Position numbers and translations under genes: made by a program. Below are positions 44,075-53,502 of a stretch of DNA of 64,000 nt, piece after piece (the first letter of the stretch is position 1; every line of letters starts with the position of its first letter). The stretch is from a bacterium. GTDB taxonomy: Bacteria; Hinthialibacterota; Hinthialibacteria; Hinthialibacterales; Hinthialibacteraceae. The stretch lies in assembly GCA_963663405.2 (NCBI GenBank), contig CAXXSM010000076.1, positions 32,001 to 96,000 on the forward strand, read 5' to 3'. Below the pieces are notes generated by a model. It was not told the origin of the DNA, made no database searches, and saw nothing but the letters and a program-made list of their open reading frames with translations.

Positions 44075-44201
44075 GTAGGCGTCTCCTCCTTCGTCCAACG
44101 AATCGTAATCGGCCTAATCATCATCGTCGCCGTCTACATCGATCAACTGAGAAGAAAATCCTTAGCGCAACAGACAACCGCGAAAGAGACGGAAGACTGA
44201 T
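44075..44201 (+). repeat. Direct repeat copy 2 (orphan duplicate of permease 3' end)
   Basis: Matches 43011-43137 and is followed 20 bp later by a GTAG REP. Confidence 0.95.
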
Positions 44202-44221
44202 GCCACCTGCCATATCAAACA

Positions 44222-44306
44222 GTAGGGTGGGTCACGCTTTATCGACCCACCGCGTATGATTAATCGATTCGGTATTCGGCGCCTCATAAAGACGCGACCA
44301 CCTTAC
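44222..44306. repeat. GTAG-type REP doublet / REPIN (family B)
   Basis: GTAGGGTGGGTC-acgctttatc-GACCCACC plus an inverted partner ending CCTTAC. Diverged copy at 45338-45415; half copy at 48532-48562. Confidence 0.8.
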
Positions 44307-44390
44307 AGGGCTGAGCCATTCCTTCATCCGCTCCAGCATTTCCCAAATTCATCCCCCAAACCGGCGCTATTTCATCCCCAAAGGCATTCC

Positions 44391-44419
44391 TTGACATTCA
44401 AGGAAATGTATCATAAATT
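44391..44419 (+). promoter_or_regulatory. Putative sigma70 promoter for the FRG gene
   Basis: TTGACA-17 bp-TAAATT. Confidence 0.5.
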
Positions 44420-44486
44420 CCATAAACCATTTAATAATTTGTTAGGCTACCCGATCACATGAAGTAATAAATACTATTTTATTGCA

Positions 44487-45341
44487 ATGAAACATATCGT
44501 AGGACAAGTATTTACCCATATCAGAGAAAATATTGTAGCATCTTCATTTCACTCAAGCCCTGGGAGTGTGATTGAAAGAAATCTGAAAGGTGTTAGGTCT
44601 ATAACTGCGATAAGAAAAAATGAGGGATACATTGTTCGATCATTCAAAGAACTGGGTTATTTAGTGGCGGAATTGGGATACAATAATCATATGTTTAACT
44701 TACTCTTTAGAGGTCAGATAAATGATCATAAGGATAATAAAGGTCAATCCACTATATATCCATCGATTTACAGACCCTCTTCAACTCGTTTATCTCGAAA
44801 AGCCCTTAGTAAGAGATTTGATATTCTAGAGCGAGACATAAATCTTCTATACAAAGAAAGGGGGAATTTAGGCATACATTCGATATTAATGAATTATAAA
44901 GAATACTATATAGCATTACTTCAACACTATGAACTTTGCAAAACCCCAATGCTTGACCTTACCAATTCATTGCGTGTTGCAGCAAGCTTTGCGCTGCACA
45001 AATCAAGAACAGGATATCTTTTTGTTTTTGGTATGCCCCACCCTCATGGTAGCATATCTCATTATGTGGATGATAGCTTGATGTTAGTGAAACTCCAAAA
45101 TGTATGTCCGCATGGTGCTTTACGGCCTCACTTTCAAGAGGGATATTTAGTTTCTAGACTGCCCTACACTAAATCAAAAGAAGCCGGTGATAATGTTGCG
45201 AGGAGGCTATTAGCAAAATATTATATCGATAATAGAAAAAATACGTTTTGGACTGATGGATTCAATAAAATACCAAGAAAAGCTTTGTTACCTCCAAATG
45301 ATGAATATGAACATAAATTAAAAAAAATATTAGTCATGTAG
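44487..45341 (+). CDS. FRG-domain protein (AT-rich)
   Basis: LFRGQ, PSIYR and LLQHY...T.MLDLT.S..VA..FA motifs. Confidence 0.85.
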   Translation: MKHIVGQVFTHIRENIVASSFHSSPGSVIERNLKGVRSITAIRKNEGYIVRSFKELGYLVAELGYNNHMFNLLFRGQINDHKDNKGQSTIYPSIYRPSSTRLSRKALSKRFDILERDINLLYKERGNLGIHSILMNYKEYYIALLQHYELCKTPMLDLTNSLRVAASFALHKSRTGYLFVFGMPHPHGSISHYVDDSLMLVKLQNVCPHGALRPHFQEGYLVSRLPYTKSKEAGDNVARRLLAKYYIDNRKNTFWTDGFNKIPRKALLPPNDEYEHKLKKILVM

Positions 45342-45415
45342 GATAGATCACGCTTTATCAATCCACCGCGTATTAATCGTTGCGGTATTCTTCGCCTCAT
45401 AAAAACGCGACCTAT
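45338..45415. repeat. Diverged family-B REPIN copy
   Basis: Aligns by eye with 44222-44306; its GTAG contains the FRG stop codon. Confidence 0.75.
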
Positions 45416-45502
45416 GGGGCTGTATATTGGAATGCTCATTCAATCAAAGTAGTTATGAGGATATCCACAAGCGTATGCGCAATATCAAGAAGAAAGAGGA
45501 TC

Positions 45503-46594
45503 ATGTCCATGAAGAAAATCATTACGAGAAGGCAGATGCTCATGACCACGATAGCCGGCGGATTCGGCGTTATTACCAGCAAGAGCCTCCAGGGAATGGA
45601 GCAAAGTGCAGACTCTGCGGATCCAAGAATCCAAGGACCGTTTCCGATTCTCTCGACGCCTTTCACTTCATCGGGAGCCGTCGATTTTGACGCTCTCGCC
45701 AGATCGGCTCGCTACGTCGACTGGTGTGGGTGTCCGGGCATGATCTGGCCCCAGTCGGGCGATAGCGTCGATCTGCTGACCATCGACGAAAAACTCCAAG
45801 GCATGGAGGTTCTAGCCAAGACGGCGCGCAATCTGCGTACCACGGCGCTCTGCCTTGGTGTCCAGGGTAAAGATACTGACGAAATGCTCGTCTACGCCAG
45901 GCATGCCGAAAAACTGGCCCCGGCGGCGTTCATCTCGAGACCGCCGGATTCGGGAAAGACGGAAGACGACATGCGTCAATACTGGCATGCTCTCGCCTCG
46001 GTCACGAAACGGCCCGTTTTTATCCAGACCACGGGCGGTGTGGCCTACAAGGGACCGACTCCCTCGGTGGAACTCCTGATCGAGTTAGCCAAGGAATTCC
46101 CGAACTTTGGTTACGTCAAAGAGGAAGCGGGAAACGTCATCGCTCGTACCCGTTCCCTGATTGCTGCGAAGCCGCCCATCCGGCGCGTATTCGGCGCCCG
46201 TGGAGGCTTCGGCTGGCTCTACGAATTGCGGCTCGGGGTGGAAGGCCTGATCACCGAACGAGCCATTTACGCCGACGTCCTCACCCGCATCTGGCGCCTT
46301 CATCGGAGCGGCTTGAATCCCGGCGCATTGCGAGACGCGTACAGCAAGTTTCTCCTAATGATCAACCTCGGCAGGACCCATCCCGGCGATTTGCGCGGCT
46401 ACCAGTTGTATCTCTGGAAGAAACGCGGCGTGTTCCAGACGATGGTCTCACGCCAATACGGGCCAGGGCAATCCATCCCGAAGTCGCCCATCTTCTCGGA
46501 ACTGGAATTGACTCAGGACGAGATCGCCGAGATCGAGTTTCGATTCGAGGCGCTCCAGCCGTACCAGAAGCCGGGATCGCCTCAATTCCTATAA
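45503..46594 (+). CDS. DapA/DHDPS-like aldolase-family protein with twin-arginine signal
   Basis: TRRQML Tat motif, TPF...G.VD and YVKEE Schiff-base Lys; GAGG RBS before ATG 45503. Confidence 0.8.
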   Translation: MSMKKIITRRQMLMTTIAGGFGVITSKSLQGMEQSADSADPRIQGPFPILSTPFTSSGAVDFDALARSARYVDWCGCPGMIWPQSGDSVDLLTIDEKLQGMEVLAKTARNLRTTALCLGVQGKDTDEMLVYARHAEKLAPAAFISRPPDSGKTEDDMRQYWHALASVTKRPVFIQTTGGVAYKGPTPSVELLIELAKEFPNFGYVKEEAGNVIARTRSLIAAKPPIRRVFGARGGFGWLYELRLGVEGLITERAIYADVLTRIWRLHRSGLNPGALRDAYSKFLLMINLGRTHPGDLRGYQLYLWKKRGVFQTMVSRQYGPGQSIPKSPIFSELELTQDEIAEIEFRFEALQPYQKPGSPQFL

Positions 46595-46660
46595 CTGCTT
46601 CTCTCCGGAAAGAAACAAGGATTAAATTCATCAAAGGTACGTAACGGCCCGTATAGAGAA

Positions 46661-47090
46661 GTCGGGTAGACTAAGAGCGCAGCGTAGGGCGTCATTACAA
46701 AGTTCTCACATGTCAATTTTAAATACATGCTTGAATCCCACATCACTCCTCACTATCCTATTAAGACAAAGCATCCAAAATAAAATGGAGTATGAAAAGT
46801 GAGTGATATCATTATCCATATCCCGGATAAACCGATCGATCCAGGTTTTCTAGCGCAGTTGGAAAAATTCCTGACTCGTTATGAAGCGACTCTTGACAAA
46901 GACGCATGGAATATTCTTAAACAATCACAGAGCAAACAAGAAAACGAAAAGCGGCTCAGCCTTGAGGAGTTTATCAAAGAAACAGAAGCTTTCAGCAAAC
47001 GTGTGGGGCCTCAAAAAACAGATAGCACTGATCTAATTCGTGAAGATCGGGATAGAAATTGGGTTGGCTAAATGCGCAGCGTAGCCCACC
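46661..47090. repeat. Family-A REP half-sites at 46661-46693 and 47061-47090
   Basis: Variants of GGGTGGGCTAAaaGCGcAGCGTAGCCCACC. Confidence 0.7.
46799..47071 (+). CDS. Putative orphan antitoxin
   Basis: GGAG RBS and upstream TTGAAT-17-TATCCT promoter. C-terminal DS.DLIREDRDR motif is typical of PIN-toxin antitoxins. Confidence 0.55.
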   Translation: MSDIIIHIPDKPIDPGFLAQLEKFLTRYEATLDKDAWNILKQSQSKQENEKRLSLEEFIKETEAFSKRVGPQKTDSTDLIREDRDRNWVG

Positions 47091-47146
47091 GTTGCGCCTG
47101 CTGCAGCTGCAGAAAAATTTTTTGATAATATGATGGTATTGTAATT

Positions 47147-47341
47147 ATGGATGAATGGATAGAAATCGTTTCATCTACAGATAGGATTGAAGCAGCAGAG
47201 CTGTTTAAAAAGTGGAAGGAAAATAATACATTGTGGAGCAATAGTCTTTCTGATGATGATATCAGGATTGATTCAATTCGTACACTTGATAAACGAACGC
47301 TTACAAGATATCGTGTCAGGAAAATTTCAAATAATGACTAA
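47147..47341 (+). CDS. Small AT-rich hypothetical protein
   Basis: 64-aa ORF filling the space between two REP copies. Confidence 0.5.
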   Translation: MDEWIEIVSSTDRIEAAELFKKWKENNTLWSNSLSDDDIRIDSIRTLDKRTLTRYRVRKISNND

Positions 47342-47353
47342 TGCAACGGTATA

Positions 47354-47506
47354 GAAGATGGGCAGAAAGCGTAGCGCAGGGCGCCAAAAATACTGATTTT
47401 TGAACCACGGATTTCATGGAAAAAGCGCGGAGTCCACGGATTATTTTCCGTGTAATCTATCTCTATCCGAATTATCCGTGATTCAAACAAAAGAAGATCC
47501 ATTGAC
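47354..47506 (+). repeat. Composite repeat (REP-A half plus aaccacggat..atccgtg element), copy 1
   Basis: Direct repeat of 48336-48491; 45-bp identical core at 47398-47442 = 48381-48425. Confidence 0.9.
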
Positions 47507-47526
47507 AATGTAGCCCGCCATTACGA

Positions 47527-48324
47527 CTACAAATCCAAAAATTCCTGCAACCCTGGTTTTCCATAAACCGCCCCACCGGTTTTAACAATGAGATTATTCT
47601 GCATTTCTACAATTCCTTCCCCATGCGTATGCCCACATAAAACTAACATTTCTTTTTGGGGATATTTCAACATAAATTCCTGAAGCGCTATTCCAACCGC
47701 TTTACAACTGAAATGGGGCAGAAAATTCTCATCGCTGATTCGCCCTTCATACCAACAGGCTTCCTGGAACGGGGGAACATGCGTCAACACAATCACTTTG
47801 CGATATCGATCGATTGTTAAAGGTAAGTTACTTCGAAAAAATTCCGCCGCTTCATCCCCCAGTGTGTTTAATAAAGAGAGACGATCGGCTGAATTAAGAC
47901 CAACAAATTCCTGAATATGAATGTAGTCATTCAAGAGGACCTTACTTTTTTCATAATTCCCAAAACGCCCATCCGCCCATGAGCCATGACCGATTAAACA
48001 AGTATCTTCACACAAAGGAACAACGCCCTGTTGAGGCAGCCATCGCAGGTTGGAGAAGTATGCTGTGCGCTCCAGCAGTTCCCGCCGAACATGAGCGATC
48101 GATCCAAAATAATAATCATGATTTCCCAAAACGAAAAATGTGGGTACAGGAAAATAGGAATCCAACAGTTGTAAGTCAGAGAGCAATCTCGGCGCTGTCG
48201 ATAGATCCCCACCAATTAAAATGCAGTCCGGCGAATGAGACAAAATCATCTCACAAAACGATTCAATCCCGGCGTCGTCAATATGATCAAGATGGATATC
48301 CGTCAGCCAAGCCACTTTTTTCAT
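47527..48324 (-). CDS. Calcineurin-like metallophosphoesterase (CpdA/Icc-like)
   Basis: TDIH, GGD, LGNHD, THVPP and GHTH motifs. Confidence 0.92.
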   Translation of the reverse strand: MKKVAWLTDIHLDHIDDAGIESFCEMILSHSPDCILIGGDLSTAPRLLSDLQLLDSYFPVPTFFVLGNHDYYFGSIAHVRRELLERTAYFSNLRWLPQQGVVPLCEDTCLIGHGSWADGRFGNYEKSKVLLNDYIHIQEFVGLNSADRLSLLNTLGDEAAEFFRSNLPLTIDRYRKVIVLTHVPPFQEACWYEGRISDENFLPHFSCKAVGIALQEFMLKYPQKEMLVLCGHTHGEGIVEMQNNLIVKTGGAVYGKPGLQEFLDL

Positions 48325-48335
48325 GCTATTAGTCC

Positions 48336-48491
48336 GTAGGATGAGCTAAAAGCGTAGCGCAGCCCATCAAAATTACTGCATTTTGAACCACGGATTTCAT
48401 GGAAAAAGCGCGGAGTCCACGGATTTTTTTTTCCGTGAATTCCGCGGTAATCCGAGTCATCCGTGATTCAAACAAAAGAAGATCTATTGAC
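48336..48491 (+). repeat. Composite repeat, copy 2
   Basis: Begins GTAGGATGAGCTAAAAGCG..AGCCCATC and matches copy 1. Confidence 0.9.
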
Positions 48492-48641
48492 TAAGGTTCA
48501 ATCAATCCGTACGCAATTCCTTCTTTAGAAGGTAAGGGTGGATCGCGCATTGATGACCCATCGTTTCAATGGATTATCAGCGATTTTATGGTAAAGAGAG
48601 AACTCTCTGTCAAGAAGATATAACTATCACTCAAAAGGAAT

Positions 48642-48983
48642 TTATAAATTACCTTTCCTCCATTCGGATAATGTCATCTCTGCGCTTAGTGAAATTATAC
48701 CCTTTTGTTTTTGTATTTCTTCGAGAGTTTTTACTGCCTTTTCCTCATTATATTTAAGCGAGTGACATGCAGACCAACATCGCACACTATCATTTTCATC
48801 GTCGGTTAAAGATAGCAAAGCTTCGTTACCTTCATCACCATATTCTTTGATTCTATTTAATGCTATCATCAGCTTATCGTAACATTTGTTCCCTACTTTG
48901 TAATTGCCCTCTTTTATTGTGTCACCATGCTTTGCCGCATTGAGTTTATATTCATCAATCAATTCCTCGATTTCTTTATTCAT
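48642..48983 (-). CDS. HEAT-repeat-like protein, DUF2019 / immunity-protein-like
   Basis: A..HG....G.YK.GNK.Y and L..DEN.SVR.W.A patterns; AT-rich; GGGGTGG RBS. Confidence 0.6.
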   Translation of the reverse strand: MNKEIEELIDEYKLNAAKHGDTIKEGNYKVGNKCYDKLMIALNRIKEYGDEGNEALLSLTDDENDSVRCWSACHSLKYNEEKAVKTLEEIQKQKGIISLSAEMTLSEWRKGNL

Positions 48984-49025
48984 TTTCCACCCCCAAATTC
49001 TTATATATTTAACTTCAACACATGA

Positions 49026-49229
49026 CTATTCGGCATACTCGATCTCTTCACCAGATACAACAATCTGGGCAACTGTCTCTCCTGTTTCCGGATTAGAAAA
49101 ATCGATTTCATACTCAAACGGTCCATCACCATAAATTTCAATAATAATTCCAATTGCGCCTTCACTGGCGCCTTCGCTGGAATAGTTATCAGAAAGAAGT
49201 TTCACACGGGAATACTGTTTAAAATTCAT
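49026..49229 (-). CDS. DUF4926-like small protein
   Basis: Y..V.L.....G..G.I.E.Y....YE.DFS...GET pattern. Confidence 0.7.
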   Translation of the reverse strand: MNFKQYSRVKLLSDNYSSEGASEGAIGIIIEIYGDGPFEYEIDFSNPETGETVAQIVVSGEEIEYAE

Positions 49230-49262
49230 AATTGTAAATTCACAAATCGGAGTTTTATCTAT

Positions 49263-50657
49263 TCAATCCTCCGCCCGTTCCCCCTCCGGCGCCATTTTCA
49301 CAATTCGCGGGTGGAACACCGCCAGCGGTTCAACGAGATCGGACTGCGCCGACATAATCTCATCGATATTTTTGTACGCCATCGGCGCTTCATCCAAACC
49401 CGCGCTCAGCACCGTCACATCCCGTTCCGCCAGAATTTTCTTGACCTGTGACCAGGTAAAACTCTCTTTCGCCTTCCGGCGGCTCATCAGGCGGCCCGCT
49501 CCATGTGAGGCTGAATGAAGCGACGCCGGATTCCCTTTCCCCCGGACGACGTAGGCCGGCGACGCCATTGAACCGGGAATGATCCCCAACACCCCTCGTC
49601 CCGCCGGGGTCGCGCCTTTCCGGTGTACGATCACAGTTTCTCCACCACGATCCTCTTTCCACGCGAAATTATGGTGATTCTCAATACTCAATAGCGCTTT
49701 CGTTCCAAGCGCTTTGGCGATGTGATAGTGGATCAATTCATGATTGGCTGCGGCGTATTTGCCCATCAACCGCATCGCTTCCCAATACTCCATGCCTTCT
49801 CCGCTGTCCAGATCGAGCCAGGAAAGATGCGCCAATTCCTTCGGCAGTTCGGGCCGCCGGTTCATTGCAAGTCCGCTGTAATACCCCGCCACCTTCGAAC
49901 CCGGCCCCCGGCTTCCACTATGACTCAAGAGCGCGAGATACGTTCCAGGAGGCGCCTCTAAATCCTCGGATTGCACTTCTAGAACGCCATACTCAACAAA
50001 ATGGTTCCCGCTCCCGCTCGTTCCCAGCTGCGCCCACGCTTTATCTTTGATTTGCTTCGTCACGGACGTCACGCCCCAGTCTTCATCCATCACCGAATGC
50101 GCTCGCCGATTCTTGAATTCCGCCCCGATTCCAAACCGGGTCTCCTGTTCTAATACTTTCTTCAACCGGTCAACGGCGCCGGTGAGTGATTGGGGCGGCA
50201 TGTCAAACGCGGTCAACCGCATCCGGCAGGCGATATCCACCCCAACCGCGTACGGAATCACCGCGTTGCGAACCGCCAGCACCCCCCCGATCGGAAGCCC
50301 GTATCCAAGATGCGCGTCCGGCATCAACGCGCCCGCGACGGAGACCGGCAGCTGACAGGCGCGCTCCATCTGCTGGATCGACGCTTCGTCCAAGTTATCA
50401 CCCCACTGTTGATATGGCGCCGAGATTTCCCGGTATTGATATTCCTGCCTCTTTCCTTTGCTAAGAAGCGAATTGGCGAACGTTCCAAAATACGGCTCTT
50501 CGGCGTAGGTCTGTGGATTCGCCAACACCGCGCGCATGGTTTTCCGGATTTCTTCTTTGTTCATCCCCGCTTTGGAGGCCTTGCTGATTGCCCCCAGCGC
50601 CATCTCCAAAGGTTTTCCCTTTGGAATCCCCAACTTGATCAATTCTCGTTTTTTCAT
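49263..50657 (-). CDS. rtcB: RNA ligase RtcB
   Basis: MPDAH.GYGLPIG, VGVDIAC, GSGNHF, HSGSRG, HHN, HRKGAT and HGAGR motifs. Confidence 0.96.
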   Translation of the reverse strand: MKKRELIKLGIPKGKPLEMALGAISKASKAGMNKEEIRKTMRAVLANPQTYAEEPYFGTFANSLLSKGKRQEYQYREISAPYQQWGDNLDEASIQQMERACQLPVSVAGALMPDAHLGYGLPIGGVLAVRNAVIPYAVGVDIACRMRLTAFDMPPQSLTGAVDRLKKVLEQETRFGIGAEFKNRRAHSVMDEDWGVTSVTKQIKDKAWAQLGTSGSGNHFVEYGVLEVQSEDLEAPPGTYLALLSHSGSRGPGSKVAGYYSGLAMNRRPELPKELAHLSWLDLDSGEGMEYWEAMRLMGKYAAANHELIHYHIAKALGTKALLSIENHHNFAWKEDRGGETVIVHRKGATPAGRGVLGIIPGSMASPAYVVRGKGNPASLHSASHGAGRLMSRRKAKESFTWSQVKKILAERDVTVLSAGLDEAPMAYKNIDEIMSAQSDLVEPLAVFHPRIVKMAPEGERAED

Positions 50658-50922
50658 CTTCTATACCGTCAATACTACTTTTCTCACAATGTTTCCAGCT
50701 GTAATATCAGCATAGCGCAAAATGGCGAAAATTCATTGGTCCTATAGATAACGAATAAAAATAGCGATCGGATTGCAGTGTTTGATCTCTAATAGTTGAT
50801 GGATCGAACATTTCTAACAATTCCATATGTTTTGCACTATAATTTTTAAGTTAGAATAGCATTCGTTTCTCCATGAAGGCTCATCGAGTCTTGGATCATA
50901 TGGATTAAAGAGGGAAACAGGT

Positions 50923-51984
50923 ATGAGGTTGCGTTGTTTGATTGCCGATCCCAACGAAATGGACCGGATGCGGTTTTATGCGTTCCTGCGCCAAATCCAA
51001 GGTATCGAGATCTATACAGCCTCCACGTTTGTTGAAACGGCGGCTCTCATCGAGTCGCATCAGCCCAATTTTATTTACCTGCGTTGCGACGCGAAGAATG
51101 ATTTTTATCTGCGCGTTTTCAAGATGATTAAACGCTTGAAACTGCAAACAATTGTGGTTCCCATTATCTCCAATGTCACAGAAGAATTGTTGAAAAATCT
51201 GGTGGTTCACCACGGTGTCGCCGATGTGGTCCGAGTAGACGCGGACGACAGCCGCGTCATGAAACCGGTTCAAAAAGCTTTGAATTCCCTTGGCGGCAAA
51301 CAGGATCGACAGAAATATTATCGCGGTTTTATCAGTTTCGTCGGAATCACACCAACGCTGAGGGAACGAAAAATTCTCAACCAAGCGCGATTAGGGATCC
51401 TTCATAACAATTCGATTCGGTTGGCGATTGAATACTGGCGGAAAAATCCAAACTCACAAATGATCGTCCTTTCCATCAAAAAATTCGATTCCCTCTCCGG
51501 AGGAGCCGGGGAAGCGATCGAATTCTGGGAAGAATACAATCTCTCACCCTGGGAAATCGTCCTCTTCGAGGCGCAGAATCACTATGTTGATTACTGGCGC
51601 GATCCTATCGCATCCGGTGAGATGCCAGTCATGCTCCCGACGCTTATCCAGAGCGGATCGAAATACACGCCGCTATCCGTGATCGAACAAAAGGAGACTC
51701 TCCAAAAAGTTACGAAGATGAAAAAGAGCGGCGATCTGGATGATTTCTTCGAATCCATGGGCATTCGTTTTCGCACAAAAAGCCCGATTCAACAATTCCG
51801 CAATTTCGAATCGTTCTTATCGAAGGTGGAGACACAAATGGCTGACGTGGAAAAGAAATATCCCGATCTCGTTCGTCCACCCGAAGAATCGGGATACGAA
51901 GACTACGTCCCCGATGTCGCCCAGAAACGGGGATTTCAACTCGACCGGATGGCGTATATGGAAAAACGGGAAACCGAATCATAA
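50923..51984 (+). CDS. Hypothetical protein with N-terminal receiver-like (pseudo-receiver) domain
   Basis: CLIAD...R and PNFIYL fold pattern, but the phospho-Asp position appears to be Arg; AGAGGG RBS. Confidence 0.55.
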   Translation: MRLRCLIADPNEMDRMRFYAFLRQIQGIEIYTASTFVETAALIESHQPNFIYLRCDAKNDFYLRVFKMIKRLKLQTIVVPIISNVTEELLKNLVVHHGVADVVRVDADDSRVMKPVQKALNSLGGKQDRQKYYRGFISFVGITPTLRERKILNQARLGILHNNSIRLAIEYWRKNPNSQMIVLSIKKFDSLSGGAGEAIEFWEEYNLSPWEIVLFEAQNHYVDYWRDPIASGEMPVMLPTLIQSGSKYTPLSVIEQKETLQKVTKMKKSGDLDDFFESMGIRFRTKSPIQQFRNFESFLSKVETQMADVEKKYPDLVRPPEESGYEDYVPDVAQKRGFQLDRMAYMEKRETES

Positions 51985-52198
51985 ACTGGAATCCAATTAA
52001 TTAAGTCTCATCTGGAAAGTAAGCACGTTTATTAAATAAAAACGAGTGGGTAGCAAAGGCAAGGTTTATCATCTGCCTTTGCCTTATTCCGAACCACATT
52101 TGAATAGTGGAATAACTGGTAATCCTCTGTAGAGATCGTTAATAATAATTCATAAAAATAAATTCAATCCTTAACAGCCGCATAGAAAGGATATTCTG

Positions 52199-53485
52199 AT
52201 GAAACCAATGAAACGCCGCACGTTTTTAGGAGCCGCCGCTGGATCGGCGGCGATGATGAATACAATCTATGGAACCGCCGCGGAACGAAAACTCAAAATG
52301 GGGGTGATTGGCTGCGGTTGGTATGGTATGGTCGACACCGAAGCGGCCTTCCGCGTGGGGGGCGTTGAAGTAATCGCTATTTGTGACGTAGACACCGAAC
52401 ATCTCAATAAAAGCGCAGATGATATTGAGAAAGAGCAGGGAACACGACCGAAAACATTCAAACACTATCAAGAACTTCTCGATACGCCCGGTTTGGAAGC
52501 GGTCATTATCGCCACACCCCCCCAATGGCACGCGCTCCCTTTCATCGCGGCATGCGAAAAAGGGCTGGATATCTACTGCGAAAAACCGGTCGCCTACGAT
52601 ATCCGCGAAGGCCGCGCAATGGTGGACGCGGCGAAAAAATCAGGACGTGTCATCCAAATCGGTTTTCAGCGCCGCCAAAGCAGCGCCGTAAAAGCGGCGA
52701 AACAATTCATCCAAGAAGAATCCTTGGGTAAAGTCGTCCAAGTCGACGCCCAGATTCACTATACAGCGAAAATAGAGGATACTACTCCTCAAAAACCACC
52801 CGCCTCCTTAGACTGGGATCTATGGTGCGGGCCTGGACCCAAAATTCCGTATTGCCCCCAGGTCGGGCATTACGCCTGGCGCCTGGAAGCGGCGTATGGA
52901 AACGGTCATCTCGTCGACTGGGGAATCCACTTAATCGACGCCACCCGCGTCATTCTTGGAGAAAGCGTCCCTCATCACATCCAATCCGCCGGTGGAATCT
53001 ACTATCTAAAAGATAAAATCACAACGCCCGATACACTTACCGCCCATTTCGATTTCAATCGCTGCCCGGTCACTTGGCGTCATCGTCTGTGGGGAGCGGT
53101 CGAATACAATCCCGAAGTGAACAATGGAATCTTCTTCTTCTGCGAAAAAGGAACCGTCTTCGTCACCGACCGCCAATGGATCATCATTCCGGGTGGAAAG
53201 GAAGCGGAAAAGAAAGTGATGCCAACTGAAGGAAAAGAAGATATGGCCGCGCTCCACATGGCTGATTTTCTCAAAGCCGTCCAAACCCGGCAAACCCCCT
53301 CCTGCCCAATCGAGGACGCGTTCCAATCCACATCAACAGTACAACTCGGTATGATCGCCTATCACGCCGGCGAAAAAATAGCCTACGACGCCCAAAAAGA
53401 ACAAATCCTAGGCAATCCCCTCGCCGCCAAACTCCTCAAACGAGAATACCGCGCCCCTTACACACATCCTTATCAAGAAGGATAA
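52199..53485 (+). CDS. Gfo/Idh/MocA oxidoreductase with Tat signal
   Basis: KRRTFL, GVIGCG, IATP..WH, YCEKP and DWG.H..D motifs. Confidence 0.95.
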   Translation: MKPMKRRTFLGAAAGSAAMMNTIYGTAAERKLKMGVIGCGWYGMVDTEAAFRVGGVEVIAICDVDTEHLNKSADDIEKEQGTRPKTFKHYQELLDTPGLEAVIIATPPQWHALPFIAACEKGLDIYCEKPVAYDIREGRAMVDAAKKSGRVIQIGFQRRQSSAVKAAKQFIQEESLGKVVQVDAQIHYTAKIEDTTPQKPPASLDWDLWCGPGPKIPYCPQVGHYAWRLEAAYGNGHLVDWGIHLIDATRVILGESVPHHIQSAGGIYYLKDKITTPDTLTAHFDFNRCPVTWRHRLWGAVEYNPEVNNGIFFFCEKGTVFVTDRQWIIIPGGKEAEKKVMPTEGKEDMAALHMADFLKAVQTRQTPSCPIEDAFQSTSTVQLGMIAYHAGEKIAYDAQKEQILGNPLAAKLLKREYRAPYTHPYQEG

Positions 53486-53502
53486 CCACGGATTGAAACT
53501 GG

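Noticed and set aside
43996-44462. ORFs 43996-44259 and 44256-44462
   Set aside because: They read through the duplicated permease end and REP in another frame, with no RBS or protein-like features.
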